A stretch of 64,000 nt of DNA from Lama guanicoe (GCA_013239625.1 MU054323.1:15256029-15320028); one strand, 5' to 3'; numbered from the stretch's first letter, positions 26,780 through 39,904 are shown. Notes: a model not told the origin generated them from the sequence alone. Numbers and translations: made by a program.

Positions 26780-27175
26780 TTCATTAATTATTCAATCTTC
26801 AAACATTTATTACATGCCTACTGTCTATAATCACCCTACTAGGTGGAGAGAGGGGTCCTAAGATACATGACAAAGTCTCTGAGTTCCAGGTACCAACAAC
26901 TCAACAGCCTATAAAAGTGTGTTTGGGTTTTATTTGATAAATTTTGAGGAACTAGTGAAGGGTTTTTTTTGATCAGGGGCATCAACATGGTGATTTAGAG
27001 AATTTAAGTGAACATAGTATATGGACTGTTCAATGTAGAGTATAGACTGAGACACTTCACATGAAGATATTACAGCAGTACTGGAGGCAGATAAGGATGG
27101 TGGCTTTGAGAGGGATGAGTGAAAGAGGAACAGATGGAGTTGAGAGGACTGGCTACCGCTGAAGGTTTGCATCTG
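26780..27175 (-). mobile_element. L2 LINE fragment
   Basis: ATTCAATCTTCAAACATTTATTACATGCCTACTGT is an antisense L2 3' end, followed by decayed body sequence. Confidence 0.55.
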
Positions 27176-27254
27176 ACTGAATGGATGAATTAATTTAGAG
27201 ACATAGTCAAGTCCAGGAGAGGCTCTGGGGCTTAGTGAAGGTTGTAGTTGCTTT

Positions 27255-27505
27255 GGTTTTTTTTTTTCCTTCCAGTTTTATTGAGATGTAATTAACACAC
27301 AGCACTGTATAAGTTTAAAGTGTGCAGCATAATGACTTGACTTACATACATCGTGAAATGATTGTCACAATAAGTCTAATGAACAACCATCATCTTATAC
27401 AGACATATAGATACAAATGAAAGAAATAGAAAAAAATTTGTGTGTGTGTGATGAGAACTCTTAGGATTTACTCTATTAACAACACTTTCAAATATAACAT
27501 ATAGT
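27255..27505 (-). mobile_element. L1 3' end (L1MA-like)
   Basis: TTTTATTGAGATGTAATTAACACACAGCACTGTATAAGTTTAAAGTGTGCAGCATAATGA...GTGATGAGAACTCTTAGGATTTACTCT. Confidence 0.75.
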
Positions 27506-28639
27506 GAGTTGTTTAAACAACTTGAATTTAGGGGTCAGTTGAATATTCGGTAGGCAGGTGGGCGTACAGGCGGAGACGTGGAGGAGAATGGAGAGGTACA
27601 TTTTCTGGAATCTATTTCTTATAAAGAGAATTTAGAATTCAGTATCTGTCAGAGTGGATAGAATTCCCTAGAACAGTTGCTTTCAAACACTGTTGATTGT
27701 GACCTGTAGTATTTACATCACAACTCATTACAAGTATGTGGATAAATATGCATATTTATACACACTGTCTACCCATATACATTTATATATAATATTCATA
27801 TAAACTCATGTTTCCTGCCCAATTTCACCCTCATTACATTTAATGCACTCTGATAATTTTCTATTCTATTTTTAAAATTCTTTATTTAAAGAAAATAGTG
27901 GTGGTCAAGACCTACTTAACTGATTTCACAGTCTATGAATCAGTCATGGTCTGCAGCTGACAACCACCCACTCTGTAGATCCGCTCCTCCGTGTTCTTCC
28001 TTGTCATCAGGTCCGTGCATTATGCAGGGAAGGGTCAGCTAAGATTTTGAGCAGGCTGTTGTTGGGAGCAGCCCTGCTACTCCTGCTCCGGAATTCCCCA
28101 CCCACCTGAAACAGAACAGAGAAGCAGCAACAGCGCTTAATTAAGAGTATGTCTTCTGGTTCTTAGGCATCCAAGGTGTGTAGAGTGTGGTTCCATTTGA
28201 TACATGATGGAAAGAAAGGCAAGGAGAAAAGAGGGTGAAAGACAAGTGGATACGAAAGGAATGAAGGAAAATTTACTTTTATGCTAAGTCTCCAACTTTC
28301 TTCCAATACATATGAGGTCAGATTATTGACAATTCAATATTTTTAAGCTCATCTGAGGAACCAGAGCTCTTAAATCTGTTCTTATACTGAGGGTAGAAAG
28401 GGTGAAGGGTAATGTGTTTGTTTGCGGCTGTGTGTATATATGTCTGTGCACTTGTATGTTTTTGTGTGTGTGCACTTGTGTGTTTATGTGTATGTGTGTA
28501 TACTGTGTGCCATTTGATTACATTATTTTATTCAAACAGTATGACCACCTTGACCTTCCCTTTACACAGGCTGTCTGGTATGCTTGTCTTAACTGTACCA
28601 TATTACTAACCCTCCATGTTGAAACCATCTATTTCTCTC

Positions 28640-30625
28640 CCAGACCCTCTCCATAATTCATGAAAGATTTAAGTACCTGGTGTTTCATCTTTCTTTTTCC
28701 CACTAATTCTTTCATCATTTTTAGTAATATCACAAAATACTGACATAGACAATGCATTTCCATACCCTGTCCTCTGCCCAAGATTCTCGTTTAAGGATCT
28801 TGCTTCCATCCTGTGTTATCCAGTTACCACCATAGTCATAGTTATTCTCTCTTATCCAACCTCCACAATCCTTGACTCATTTTCATTCTTAGCTGATGAT
28901 CTTGCTTCTTATTTTAATTATAGAAATAGTAGCTATTGATAGAGAGCTTCAACACATTTCCCACCCACATTTTTGCCCATGTGTATGGTCTTCCTCCTGC
29001 CATGGTGGATGGACTGTTTGTTACTGCTATTACCTAAGCCCTACCTGGTACACTGGATCCGTGTACTCTCATCAATTCAAGGATATCACTCCTGTGGTTA
29101 TATCTTTCCTGGTCATGAAACTTCCCCCTCTACTAGGTTACGTACATCAGCACACAAACATGTTGAAATATTTCTCATCTTTAAAAAAGAAAAAGTCCAT
29201 TTCCTTAATAGAGTGGTCAGTATTTGCTCTCTTCACTTCTTAATCACCTCTTCTCTCTTGAATTCATTTCAATGAGACTTTCCTCCTCATTCCAGAATTG
29301 AAACTGTTCTTGGCAATATTACTAGTGACCTCCATCTGTTAAAGTCCATTGGTCAGTTCCGAGTTCTCTACTTATTCAAATTCCAGCAGACTTTCACATC
29401 AGTCATTACTCCATTGTTCTGGAAGCATTTTCTTCGCTTGGCTTCCCGGTTACACAATATCCGGATTGTTCTTCTCCTTCCCTGAATAGTCTCTGGCAGG
29501 CCCTTTGCTGGACCTTCCTCTTTTCCAGACCTCCAAACACTGGAGAGTCCTGGGACTCAGTCCTCATTCCTCTTCTCTGTGTTCTGTATGGGATTATCTC
29601 TCTAATCTTTTGGCTTTAAATATTAATTAAATGCTAATGATGTTAATATTGGTATTTCTAGATGCAGATTCTTCCCTCAGTTCAACATCTATGTCTCTCT
29701 TTAGATATTAACTATCATCTCAGACTTAGCATGGCCTAAAAAGTACTCTGCCCTTTTGCCCTCTTATAAACTACACCTTCCTCAATTTTCCTCATGCAAT
29801 TAATGGCAGCGTTATAAACTAAGGGATTCAAGCCCAAGAATAAAGAATCATCCTGAATTTTCCTTTTCTCTAATTCCCTACATCTGGTCTACCAGAAAGC
29901 CCTGCCAGTGATCCTTCCAAAATCTCTCCTGAATTCAACCACTTTTCACCATCTCCACAACAAGTGTCCAAGACACCATCATTTCTCAACTGGGCCACTG
30001 CTGTAGCTGGCCAGGTTGCCTTCCTGCATCTACCCTTAGCTTTAAAGTCTGATATTCATACAGTGGCTAGAATAATCATTTAAAAATTTAATCAAGTCAC
30101 TTTCTTTCTTTGCTCAAAACCATTTAAGGCTTCCCATCATAATCAGAATAAAATCCAAAGCAAATGTCCATGATGATTCATTCTAGTCCTTCGTGATTCT
30201 CATTCCTTACCATCCTTTCTGCAACCCCTCTCATGTTCCTCAAACACAACAGCTTGTTTGGGCCTTCATTTTTAATTTTTCCCCCACAGGGATACTTCCC
30301 CTTAAATTCTCATTTCTTTCACATCTTTACCAGAAGGTCATTTCCTCAGAAAGACCTTTTTTTTCCTGACCTCTCTATCTAAATAGTGGCCCTCCCACCT
30401 CCTGCCATTGCACTCTTTCTCCTTACTTTGATTCTCTTCTCTTCAGAGCATTTATTTCCTCCTAAAATTGTAAGATATATAATCAGTTTCTATTCTTCTC
30501 ACTCTGCACCCCCACCCCAAATCAGAAAGCAAGTTCACGAAGGCAGTGGCTTCATCTACCCATGTGTATCTGTAGCATCTAGAAAAGTGGCACCTGGCAC
30601 ATAAAGGTGCTCTAATATTTGTATA
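28640..30625 (+). mobile_element. Long (about 2 kb) L2 LINE remnant
   Basis: Pyrimidine-rich block with L2 ORF2 and 3' motifs (AGTGACCTCCATCTGTTAAAGTCCATTGGTCAGTT, CTTGGCTTCC, AGAATAAAATCCAAA), ending CCTGGCACATAAAGGTGCTCTAATATTTG. Confidence 0.8.
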
Positions 30626-31369
30626 ATTAAAACAAATTAATGTTTTTAAGGGAATGTCAATACATTGGAGTCTTATCATAGTTTGGTCTTCTTTGTAAGA
30701 CCCTTGCATGTGTGCTTATTTTCAAAGAGGACTCCTTTCTGTTTATTCCTGGAACATCTCTTTAAGTGCACCTGAACTGTAGGAGAGTTCCAAAGTCAGC
30801 CTCAGAAGTAAGTCCATAGGTGAGCATTTGGGAAAAATCTTGATTTATTAAAAAAATTTTTTTGCATCATGTTCCTTTCAAGTGAATAGAAAGATGACTT
30901 GCAGCAACTAAGTACATATTCTTCCTCTGTTACTGAGTTCTGCCACCAAATGGCCTGCGGCTGCAGAAGTTTTGTTGACAGGAGAGCCAAAAGAGGACAG
31001 GAGTCAAGAAGATGTAGTTTCTAATCCTAGCATGATTAGAAAACAGCAGGAGGAACAGGTGTGAATTACCTAATTTCATAATCCTTGATGCTCAAGTTTC
31101 CTTTTCAGAATTAGAGGTTGCACCAGAGGCTGGATGATATCTCTGGCCCCTTCCTGATCTAATATCCTACAGTTCTTCTGTCAAACAAGACCCTTCAAGA
31201 AGAGCTGTAGCCATCATTGTCAGGTATCCTACTCAGCCACTTCATGTATAATGCAGACATGAACACAATCAATCCCTGTGAGCCATTTAGCTTTTTCTGA
31301 GAGAGAGAGGAATCTGTGTCACACTGAGCCATCCTGTGCTGCTGGTTCTAAGAGCTTGTGGGGTAAATA

Positions 31370-31600
31370 CAGCCGTGAGTGAGCTGGAGCCAGTGCCGGG
31401 AAACCAGCCATATGCATCTCTTCGCGACTTACTGTTCAGGCACATCACGTCACATCACATCACATCACGTCATGTTGGTATGTTGAAATTGGCCATGGAG
31501 GTAGTAGGTACACCAAGGAAATGCTTCAAATCAGAGATTTTCCTTCCCCACCCCACTCCCTGCCCAAGAGCCAGTTGTTAAATTTATTTATCAGCCTATT
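31370..31600. mobile_element. MER63-like hAT-Blackjack MITE with internal CACAT/CACGT pentamer expansion (31441-31472)
   Basis: GCTGGAGCCAG...GTTGGTATGTTGAAATTGGCCATGG...AAATCAG...GAGCCAGTTGTTAAATTT. Confidence 0.65.
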
Positions 31601-31764
31601 AGCAGGTAAGTGTGAATGGGTATCACCATCATTAGATAAATAAATCAAAGGAATGTCTTATTTATGGTGCTACAGGGGATACGTGGTATCCTTACTGTAC
31701 ACAGAAAACACACGTGTACAACCACCACCACTACCATCCTTTTAACAAATTTGATTGAGAAGTT

Positions 31765-31980
31765 ACTTACTGAGGTGCAACAGTAAGAACTTTATATGAC
31801 TTATTTGATACTGACAGTAGCTCACGAAGTTATTATTATTATTACTATCATTTTTATAGACAAGGAAGCAAAAATAGTGAGGGGTTAAAAAACCTACCCA
31901 AGATCATCCAAAGAGTAAGTGACAGAACCTGGAGTTGTGCCCAGGTTTCTCTGATTCCAGTCATGAGGCCACACTGCCTC
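31765..31980 (-). mobile_element. MIR SINE
   Basis: ATCATTTTTATAGACAAGGAAGCA...GAGGGGTTAAAAAACCTACCCAAGATCA...GTAAGTGACAGAACCTGGA. Confidence 0.7.
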
Positions 31981-33199
31981 CCTGACACGTAATACACCCA
32001 CAGACACATTCTTCTCTATACATACATTTATGGGTTTAAACACACTTTTCCCTTTACTGTGGTCATTGTTCTCTCTCTCTCTTGCTTCACAAAGGGCAAA
32101 AATGTCCTACATATGAGTATCACACCAGAGGCTTGTTTGTTCTCTAAAACATTCAGAACACTCCCTAAGGACTAGTTCAGAAAAGGGGCTGAGGATCCCA
32201 TCTGAGTCAGTATCATCAGGAAGATGGAAGATGCCCACACTTGGCCTTTGAGAGCATTATCTCTTCTAACTAGCAAAATAGCTGAAGAGGAAATTGCTTA
32301 ACCTAAGACAGAGCACTTCACCCTCAAAATAAATTGCTTCTTAAAGAAAAAAAAACAGTGGTTGCATAATCTTTGGATTAAAATTCCAAATCCACAGAGG
32401 AAAACATTACCAGCACTGTGTTAGGGTTAAAGGAAAGTGTCCATTAGCTTCCAGAATATGCTATTGGAAGCTCATCTCAGGATGGGATGGAAGTCACAGG
32501 AGTAACAACGCTTTTGATCCACTACCCATATGGCATCCTAGACAGGATTATGTAAATGACCTTTAAAAAGTATTTTGAAGCAGGCAGACCTGGAAACATT
32601 GATAGATTTCCAAATCTGAGTAGCTAATCAGATGAGAAGGAAATTAAGCTTTTCTCCATTAACTTAAACTAGAAGCTCCCTTTTCTAATTTTTTCTTGCA
32701 CAGGAGTCCTTAAAGCTGACAGTTGCAATGCCGCTAGAAATGCCTCCAGTTGGAAAAGAAGGGGGAAAGAGAACAGCTGTAATATAACTAGTCAATTTAA
32801 GTATATTGATCAGCTGCCTCTCTCAGGGTTTGGCTGAAGTAGATGTGAGGGGGTTAAGAAATTAGGTCAGGGGTTCCCACCAGGCAGTAGCACTTGAACC
32901 AACTGCAATGTATGTGTCCAAGGATTTATAAGAAATTAAACATGCTAATGAATCTGGGTATTGTTCTAGGGGAAATATGCAAAGTACTCCACACCTGTCT
33001 GCACCTATGAATAAGATAGAGGAACATCATTTTCAGTGTGATCTTGAGTTGTTAATGGACTGATCTGCTGGTCTAAATGGCAAATTGTTGAGAAACACTG
33101 GGCTATGGTTTTCAACTCCAGCTTTACATCAGAATCACTGCAGAGAAAGAGAGAAAAAAAAAAACAGACAGACAGAGACAGTAGCAAAGCCTGTAACCT

Positions 33200-33300
33200 A
33201 CCTCACACCAAAATCCCTGGGGTGGAGCTGAGGCATCAGTGCTTTTTACAAGCTCCCTAGGTGACGCTCACGTACAGCCAGGGCTGAAAACCACAGATCT
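33200..33300. mobile_element. MER5-like hAT-Charlie fragment
   Basis: CTGGGGTGGAGCTGAGGCATCAGTGCTTTTTACAAGCTCCCTAGGTGA...CAGCCAGGGCTGAAAACCAC. Confidence 0.65.
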
Positions 33301-33644
33301 AGATCCACCTCTTCTTCTTCAGTTTTATAGTTGCAAGTAGTGGAAAGTTATTCTTAATCTAGTTCAATTCAGCAAATGTTCATGCAATCCCAGCTATGAG
33401 TTGGACTCTGCCTATGAGCTTAGGGGCACAGAAGTGAGGGCATCACTTATGTAGAAAGAAGTAGGTTGGTTCTTCCCCAACCTGGCTTTTCTAAAAAATC
33501 CTATAGAAGACTCCATGATCTCCCATGGTAAGTCAGTATAGACTAACTACATGATCTGATTTATTTGCTGTTCAGTTGGAACTCTGTTAACTAGATGTGT
33601 GACAACTCTGGTGTTCTTTTGCTCACCAGGAGCTCTGATTCAGG

Positions 33645-33840
33645 GAGCAGGTATCATGTAGTTATAAGCATTGACTTCTAGAATCAGGCTGCTGGGTCAA
33701 GTTCCTGGCTCCTCTACTGATGAGTTATTTGACTAGGGTCAAATAATTTTCTTGATCTGTGCCTCAGTTTCCTCAGATTGGGTGATGATAGCTTTTTGGG
33801 TGTAGAGTTGTTTTGAAAGTATCTGTAAAGAACTTAACAT
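33645..33840 (+). mobile_element. MIR SINE
   Basis: MIR core TCTGTGCCTCAGTTTCCTCA with upstream GCTGCTGGGTCAAGTTCCTGGCTC. Confidence 0.7.
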
Positions 33841-35122
33841 CTTCAGGAAGAGAGCACACCGTACATGTCAGCTACGGGGACGATGGTTGCTTTCCTCTGA
33901 GCTTTTACTGAGCACTGTACTGACTCTAATGTGAGGGAACGCATCAGATTGCCAATCACTGTACATCTCTAACTTTCCATTCTGATAATTATCAAGGTGA
34001 GCTAGAAAAATAAGAGCCATGCGTTGTATTTTTTCTCTTCGTTGAAAGCAGCCAGTTAACTGGAGCGGCAGGGACTTTCTGATGCTCAGGTGGAACTGGG
34101 CTGGGGCTGGGCAGGCAGGGAAGGGTGACTCAGAGGGAGAAGCAGTGGATTCCATAACAGTAAAAGTGAACATCCTTTATTGACTTTAAAGAAATGTTTG
34201 GAGATAGACAACTCTAACAGAATGTAATTAGCATACGTGAAAACTGGCACAATACATTGTTATTTTTATCACTGTCCCCAGACTTTTGGGCCAACTTTTA
34301 AAAAATTATTATTTATAATTTTGCAACCAGGAAAGGAAATCTGGTAAAAAGATTAACAAGAATTGGATCATTTTGAGCAGAACTTGTTTGTTTGCTGATC
34401 CATTTTCAAATTGATATTGGAACCACACAATATGCAGCATATTCTTATCTCAAATAGTCCTCATCAATAATTAGTGATTAGTCATAATTCATACCTGCAG
34501 GATGAGACAATATAGTCTCAAGTGAGAAATCTTTTATGTGCTCTGTGTGTGTGTTTGTGTGTGTGTGTGTTTATGTGTGTAGGAGAAACTGAAATCTCTC
34601 TCACAGAATCCATGGAGTAGTAACTTTTAACCTTTTCTTTGCCTGGATATCTTTGATAATCTTGTGAAGTCATAGACCTTATTCCAAGAAAAATGGGCTT
34701 CTAGATGTATAGGCATGATTTTGCATGCGTCGATAGATGTTTCAAGTTACAACGAGCTATGAGGTTTTACCTACCAAAGTTGATGCTTCCCAAACTCAGA
34801 TCTGCTTTAACAAGTGGGGAGCTGGACATTTACTAGATCAGAACCCACCTGCATGACTTCAGGACCTCCCTGCAGGTGTGAAGCAGGTGTGTACAGGCGC
34901 TGCTTCCTTGTAGTCACCACAGTAGACATGAGATGCTGATCTGAACCATCCTGCCTCCCCACCAAAAATAATTCATTGAAGTTCTGTTAAATCGGAAGAT
35001 ACAGCCAGTCCATGACCATGTGCAGAGAACTGTAGGGATGAATTCCCTAGAAATCTAACTTCTGTATGTTTTAGATAACTTGGTGACCAGACTGCTGAAG
35101 CCAAATGTGAAGGTAGCGCAGG

Positions 35123-35277
35123 CAGCACTGGCTGCCTGATTTGTGGGGCCCAGTGCAAAATGAAAACAACAGGCCTCTTGTTCAAAAGGGGTTAAGGATT
35201 TTAAGATGGTGGGGGACCCTTCTGAACACAGGGTCCTGTGCAGTTACACAGGAGGGTCCCCCAGGAAGCTGGCCATG
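35123..35277. mobile_element. MER45A-like hAT-Tip100 MITE
   Basis: ATTTGTGGGGCCCAGTGCAAAATGAAAA...CTCTTGTTCAAAA...CCCTTCTGAACACAGGGTCCTGTGCAGTTACACAGG. Confidence 0.75.
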
Positions 35278-35408
35278 ACCACAGAGACATGGAGACAGTG
35301 ATGGGTCTCAGTAACTGATATAAAGCTGAAATTTGCTTCGAGGGAAAGAGAAGGTTGCTCTTGTTTTTGGAAGGATAGCAGTCAGGAAACAGAAAGAAGG
35401 GTGAGTGG

Positions 35409-35540
35409 AGCAGGGAGGGAATAGCTCAGTATTAGAGTGCATGCCTAGCATTCATGAGGTCCTGAGTGCAATCCCCAGTGCCTCCACATAAATAAATAAA
35501 TAAACAAACAAACAAATCTAATTAGTCCCCTCCCCCTAAA
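35409..35540 (+). mobile_element. tRNA-derived SINE, camelid vic-1 type
   Basis: tRNA-Ala-like head (TAGCTCAGT...TAGCAT...GAGGTCCTGAGTGCAATCCCCAG) and a (TAAA)/(CAAA) tract. TSD AGAAAGAAGGGTGA(G/A)TGG at 35391-35408 and 35541-35558. Confidence 0.85.
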
Positions 35541-36099
35541 AGAAAGAAGGGTGAATGGGAGAAAACTTTATAATTCTGCCTTTTCTTTCCCCCACATTTT
35601 TTCAGAGTTTGCCTGAAACTGGAAGGTCAGTGTGTGGTGGGGAGGGGCACAGCAGTTTTTACCTCCCCTGACTGCACAGCCCAGGTGAACAGAGGCTTGT
35701 CCGGGGCGGGGGGGGGCAATGATTTCCTGGTTGGGGGAGAGTTGATGGCAGCAGGACAGGTGGACAAGCTGGAGTCTCTCTGGGCCCTTCATTCCTTCCC
35801 AGTCCTCCTGCACTAGGCAATTACAGCAAAGGGTGGCGGCTCATTGCTGCTGAGTGTGATGCCCAGGGCACAGGTCCCCTAGGCTTAGGAGCAAGCAGGG
35901 AACGCGGGGAGGGGGCTGGAAAAAGTGAGCTCACTCTGCAGCACTAGACTTTCTCTGCCCCTGGGTAGATGTTTTCTACCACACCTCCATCTCCCCTCCC
36001 TGAAGAGTGGGGCTAGGGCCAAAGCGACTGCCCTAAAGGAGTTAAAGATATGCTCCCAAGGAAACAGATTAGATATTTGAGGAACATAAGCTCCAAATG

Positions 36100-36900
36100 A
36101 GAAAGAGAACTGAAATTAAAAGCGTTTCCAGAGGAAGCAGAGCTAATGAAACAGAATATGAATTTAAAATGGTCTTAATAAATACTCTCACGGAGAGATA
36201 AGGGAAGCTTTTGAAATCATAGGGCAGGAAAAAGAACTAATTTGAAATCTGGGGGATGAAAACATAACTGTTGAGATTAAAAAGAAAAAAGAAAACCCCA
36301 ACTAGAGAGACAGCTGGAATCATAGAATGGTTACAACTGAAGTACAAACTAGTGAACCAGAAGGTTGGGTCACAAAACTTTCCTGGAAGAGACGGAACCC
36401 ATGAAAAATGTTGAGAGCCATGAAACACAGAAATAAAAGTGTCAAAATCTATAAAATAGAATTTCCAGAAAGTGAGAAAGGAGCAAATAGAGAGGAGGAC
36501 ATGCAAACAAGAATTTCCCAGGATTAAAGAAAGATATAAAAACTCAAAATAAAAAGGCTTAATGGAGTGCTGAACAGGACAGATAAGAACACTAAAATCA
36601 ATATCCAGACAGCTAATAGTTAAACTTAAGAGCATAAAGACAAAAAGAAAACTTTTTAAGATTCCAGAGAGTAAGAAAAGACCTGAGAAAGGGCTGGGTG
36701 GATGGTAGGGTTTTCAACAGCAACACTGGATAATGTCTTCAATATTTTAAAGACAGAGAACTTTGAACTTAGAATTTTATATCCAGATAAACTGCCATTT
36801 TGGTAAAGAATTTCTCTGCCTTACAAAATTTTAAAAAACCTTTCCTACTCAAAAATCCTCTTTGAAATATTCCCAAGGGAATGTGAAAAAGAAAGATAAA
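36100..36900 (+). mobile_element. Ancient L1/HAL1 ORF1-region remnant
   Basis: A-rich strand bias with L1 ORF1-like motifs (GAATTTCCCAGGATTAAAGAAAGA, CAACAGCAACACTGGA, AGAATTTTATATCCAGATAAACTG). Confidence 0.6.
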
Positions 36901-37214
36901 TGAAAATAGGAAAGCATTTACAAAGAAGTTGATTAAGTTTGCAATATCTAAAAAAGCATGATTTTAAAAAAACTTTTATGATTTTAATAACAAAGAATTA
37001 ACACTCTAGATGATACACTACCAAGGAAAGGGCAAAGAGGGTTTAAGGAAAAATGTGCTCAAGTTTTTGCCTTGTTTGGGAGACATGGATATTGATAAAT
37101 TTAAAACACTGAGAGGGAAAGCTAAGCATAACAATGGGTTTTAAAAATTAGGACTAATCTTCAGAAGACAGAGTTCAAATGGCAGAGTAAAATCTTATCC
37201 AAACAAGGCTTTGC

Positions 37215-37450
37215 TCTGTGGCATGTTGGTTAAAACACAGACTTAGAGATAAAAACACTTGTGTTCAAACATTGATGTGCCACTAATCATCGTGTGACAG
37301 CAGGCAAATAACCTGTGTGAATCTCGGTTTCCTTCTGTAAAACAGAAATGACAGTGCCTACCAGGGAGCATTTAAGTGGAGATGAAATAGGATATTATTA
37401 ATGTTGGGTTGAGCACAGGCCAAGGAATAGTAAATGCTCAATAAAAGGCA
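37215..37450 (+). mobile_element. MIR SINE
   Basis: GTGGCATGTTGGTTAAAACACAGACT...TCTCGGTTTCCTTCTGTAAAACAG...TAGTAAATGCTCAATAAA. Confidence 0.7.
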
Positions 37451-38586
37451 GCTGGTCCAGCCTCGGTTCACATTTCCAGTGCTGATCTAGCCCCGCCCTG
37501 TCCTTGACACCAAAGACACTGAATTTATTGCTGAGATCTTTTTCCCCTAAGACATCCGGGTTCCACCAATTAGAATGACTTCCTTTCAAGGTCCTTAATT
37601 ATAACATAGGACTACAGTGAGACTATTTCTGAAAGTTATTATGAGAATTAAGTAAATTAATACATATAAAATACTTAGGACCTAGTAAGTGCTTTAAATG
37701 TTAATTATTTTCATCATTTTTATGCTTGATCTTAGGTGGAAGCTTCCAGAACATATCATCTGCTCCTTAGAAATTCTCTCAATATGGTTATGCTAACAAT
37801 GTAACCAATCTTAAAACATGTAGGGCACAACGGCAGTGAACCTCCCTAGAACATTCGCCTAGTGTGGTCTCTCTGACATGGAAGTGATTCATCAAAGAAA
37901 CAACTGCAAGGGCCACTTTTGTGAAGAAATGTTCTTGGTCTTGAGCTTTGGCATGTGCTTCACTGGACATGAGAATAAAATAGCTTTAAGAATGATTATC
38001 ACCAGCTGGTTATACTTACCAGTCCCAGGATGTCTGCCTTGCATAGCACACAATAGCATACTAGGATTCTCACCTTCCTTGTGTATGTTTACGTGGTGCT
38101 CTCCATGGATTCAAAATGTTTCTGTTGACTCACTGTTAGCAAACATGGGCTTTGAGGACTTTTCCCAGGCACAATGGACCCATACCTTCCCTCAGAAAGA
38201 CACAGATCTAATAACCTAGCAGTTAAGGTGAGTGAGCTCCAGCTTGACCTAGTTTTATGCCCCAGTTCGCTGACATAGGCAAAGTTATTTAATGTTAACA
38301 TACTTCTGTTTCCATCTACTGTGGCCTGACAGAACCCACCTCACAGTATTATTCTGAGAATTGAATGGGATTAGGCATGTGAAATGCCCAAGCAGAATAA
38401 AAGTTCAGTAATTGTTGGAGCTGATGACAGTAAGATGGTGACAGTCATAGTCACAAGGACAGGGTGTGATCTACAGATGTGGGGACAATTGTCCTCTATT
38501 GTCCCGCCCATTCCTGCAAAGTTAAGAATAAGATATTGAAAATAAGCTTAACTATCTCAGTTAATGTCAATACACCAAATGCTTAT

Positions 38587-38724
38587 GAGCCCTCGTGTTC
38601 CCCTGCTCTGCTGCGTTGCCTGTGGCTGATGCAACGTAAACGAGCCGATTTTGTCGGTCTTCTGAGAGAAGTGAATGTCCTGTGGAAGATTCTATAATGT
38701 TTAAGACACAGGGGCACACTGCTC
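38587..38724 (+). repeat. 138-bp local duplication, copy 1
   Basis: Ungapped match to 39749-39886 with 11 mismatches by manual alignment. Confidence 0.95.
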
Positions 38725-39479
38725 CTGCAATACAGCATGTTTGTTTCTTTTCCTCCTCTGATAATGGTTCACATGAGTAATTTCAATTTCACAGTCACAA
38801 ATACGTGCTAAGAGGTTAGGACAGGTATTTTTTTCCTGCTTTCAGATGGGGTGAGATGCCTTATCCAAGGACGCAATACACAAGAAGAATGAAGGTCATG
38901 TTCCTTACGAGACTTGGAAAACACCTTTTTGCCACAATTCTCTGACAAAAGGTGGCTCCATGCCAGTTTTCATGTAAGATTTATTAAATTGTCGCAGAGA
39001 GCCATGCATATTCTAGCAGAAGATACTAATGACGAGTCTCAAGATGCATCCTTTGTAACCTTCAGGCAGTAATAGCCTAGAAACCAATGCCTGACATCAA
39101 GCTCCCTAGAAGATATGGAGACAGAGTAATGTGTCAGTAAAAGTGAAGTTACAGATTCATTTTGTCTGCTCTGTAACATGCTGTTGTATGGAAGTGACTC
39201 TGAATAGTGAAAAGGGTCCTCAATGTATTTGGCTGGAGGCAACCTTATGAAAATACTGAAGATAAAAAAGAACCAGCGTATGGAGAATAATGGGGGAACA
39301 GAAATACCTAGGCAATTACCAGGGCGTAAAATAACCAGTCACATCAGCCCAGAGGGCTTAGATGGAAAGATGTCTGGCACTCAGATAGGATGGCAGAGTG
39401 TTAACAAGCAGGCAGCGCTGGAAGGCGGAGCAGCTGGAGATATAATCTCATAAAGGAAAAGGGTCAATTAGGAAAACAG

Positions 39480-39690
39480 CTAACAGATTATTGAATGCCT
39501 ATGATGTACCAGACTCTCTGATAATTATTTCCTAACTATTAACTCACTTTATTCTACAGAACCTTATGAGTCATTTTCAAATTTTATCATTATTTTATAG
39601 ATGAGGAAACTGAGACCCAGAAGGGTCTTTGCAAAGTTGCACATCTCAGAAAGGAGAGTGCTGGAATTTGAGCCCAGGAGATCTGGTTCA
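39480..39690 (-). mobile_element. MIR SINE
   Basis: ATTTTATAGATGAGGAAACTGAGACCCAGA is the antisense MIR core; also CTGGAATTTGAGCCCAGG. Confidence 0.8.
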
Positions 39691-39748
39691 AGGGTTGAGA
39701 GACAGTAAGTTATCATTCAAAGAAGGGGCACAGGCTGGAGAGAGGCCA

Positions 39749-39886
39749 GAGCCCTCGTGCTCCACTGCTCTGCTGCGTTGCCTGTGGCTGATGCAACATA
39801 AACGAGCCAATGTTGTTGGTCCTCTGAGAGAAGTGAATGTCCTGTGGAAGATTCTATAATATCTGAGACACAGGGGCACACAGCTC
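39749..39886 (+). repeat. 138-bp local duplication, copy 2
   Basis: Ungapped match to 38587-38724 (127/138 identical). Confidence 0.95.
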
Positions 39887-39904
39887 TGTTTTCAGTTCCC
39901 AGTA

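Noticed and set aside
31441..31472. CACAT/CACGT pentamer array with ACGTCA half-CRE motifs
   Set aside because: Best explained as slippage expansion inside a MER63-like element.
38479..39859. Two ORFs sharing ALLRCLWLMQ...LREVNVLWKIL as paralogous genes or exons
   Set aside because: The shared peptide simply follows from the 138-bp DNA duplication. The starts are non-ATG and I see no convincing splice sites.
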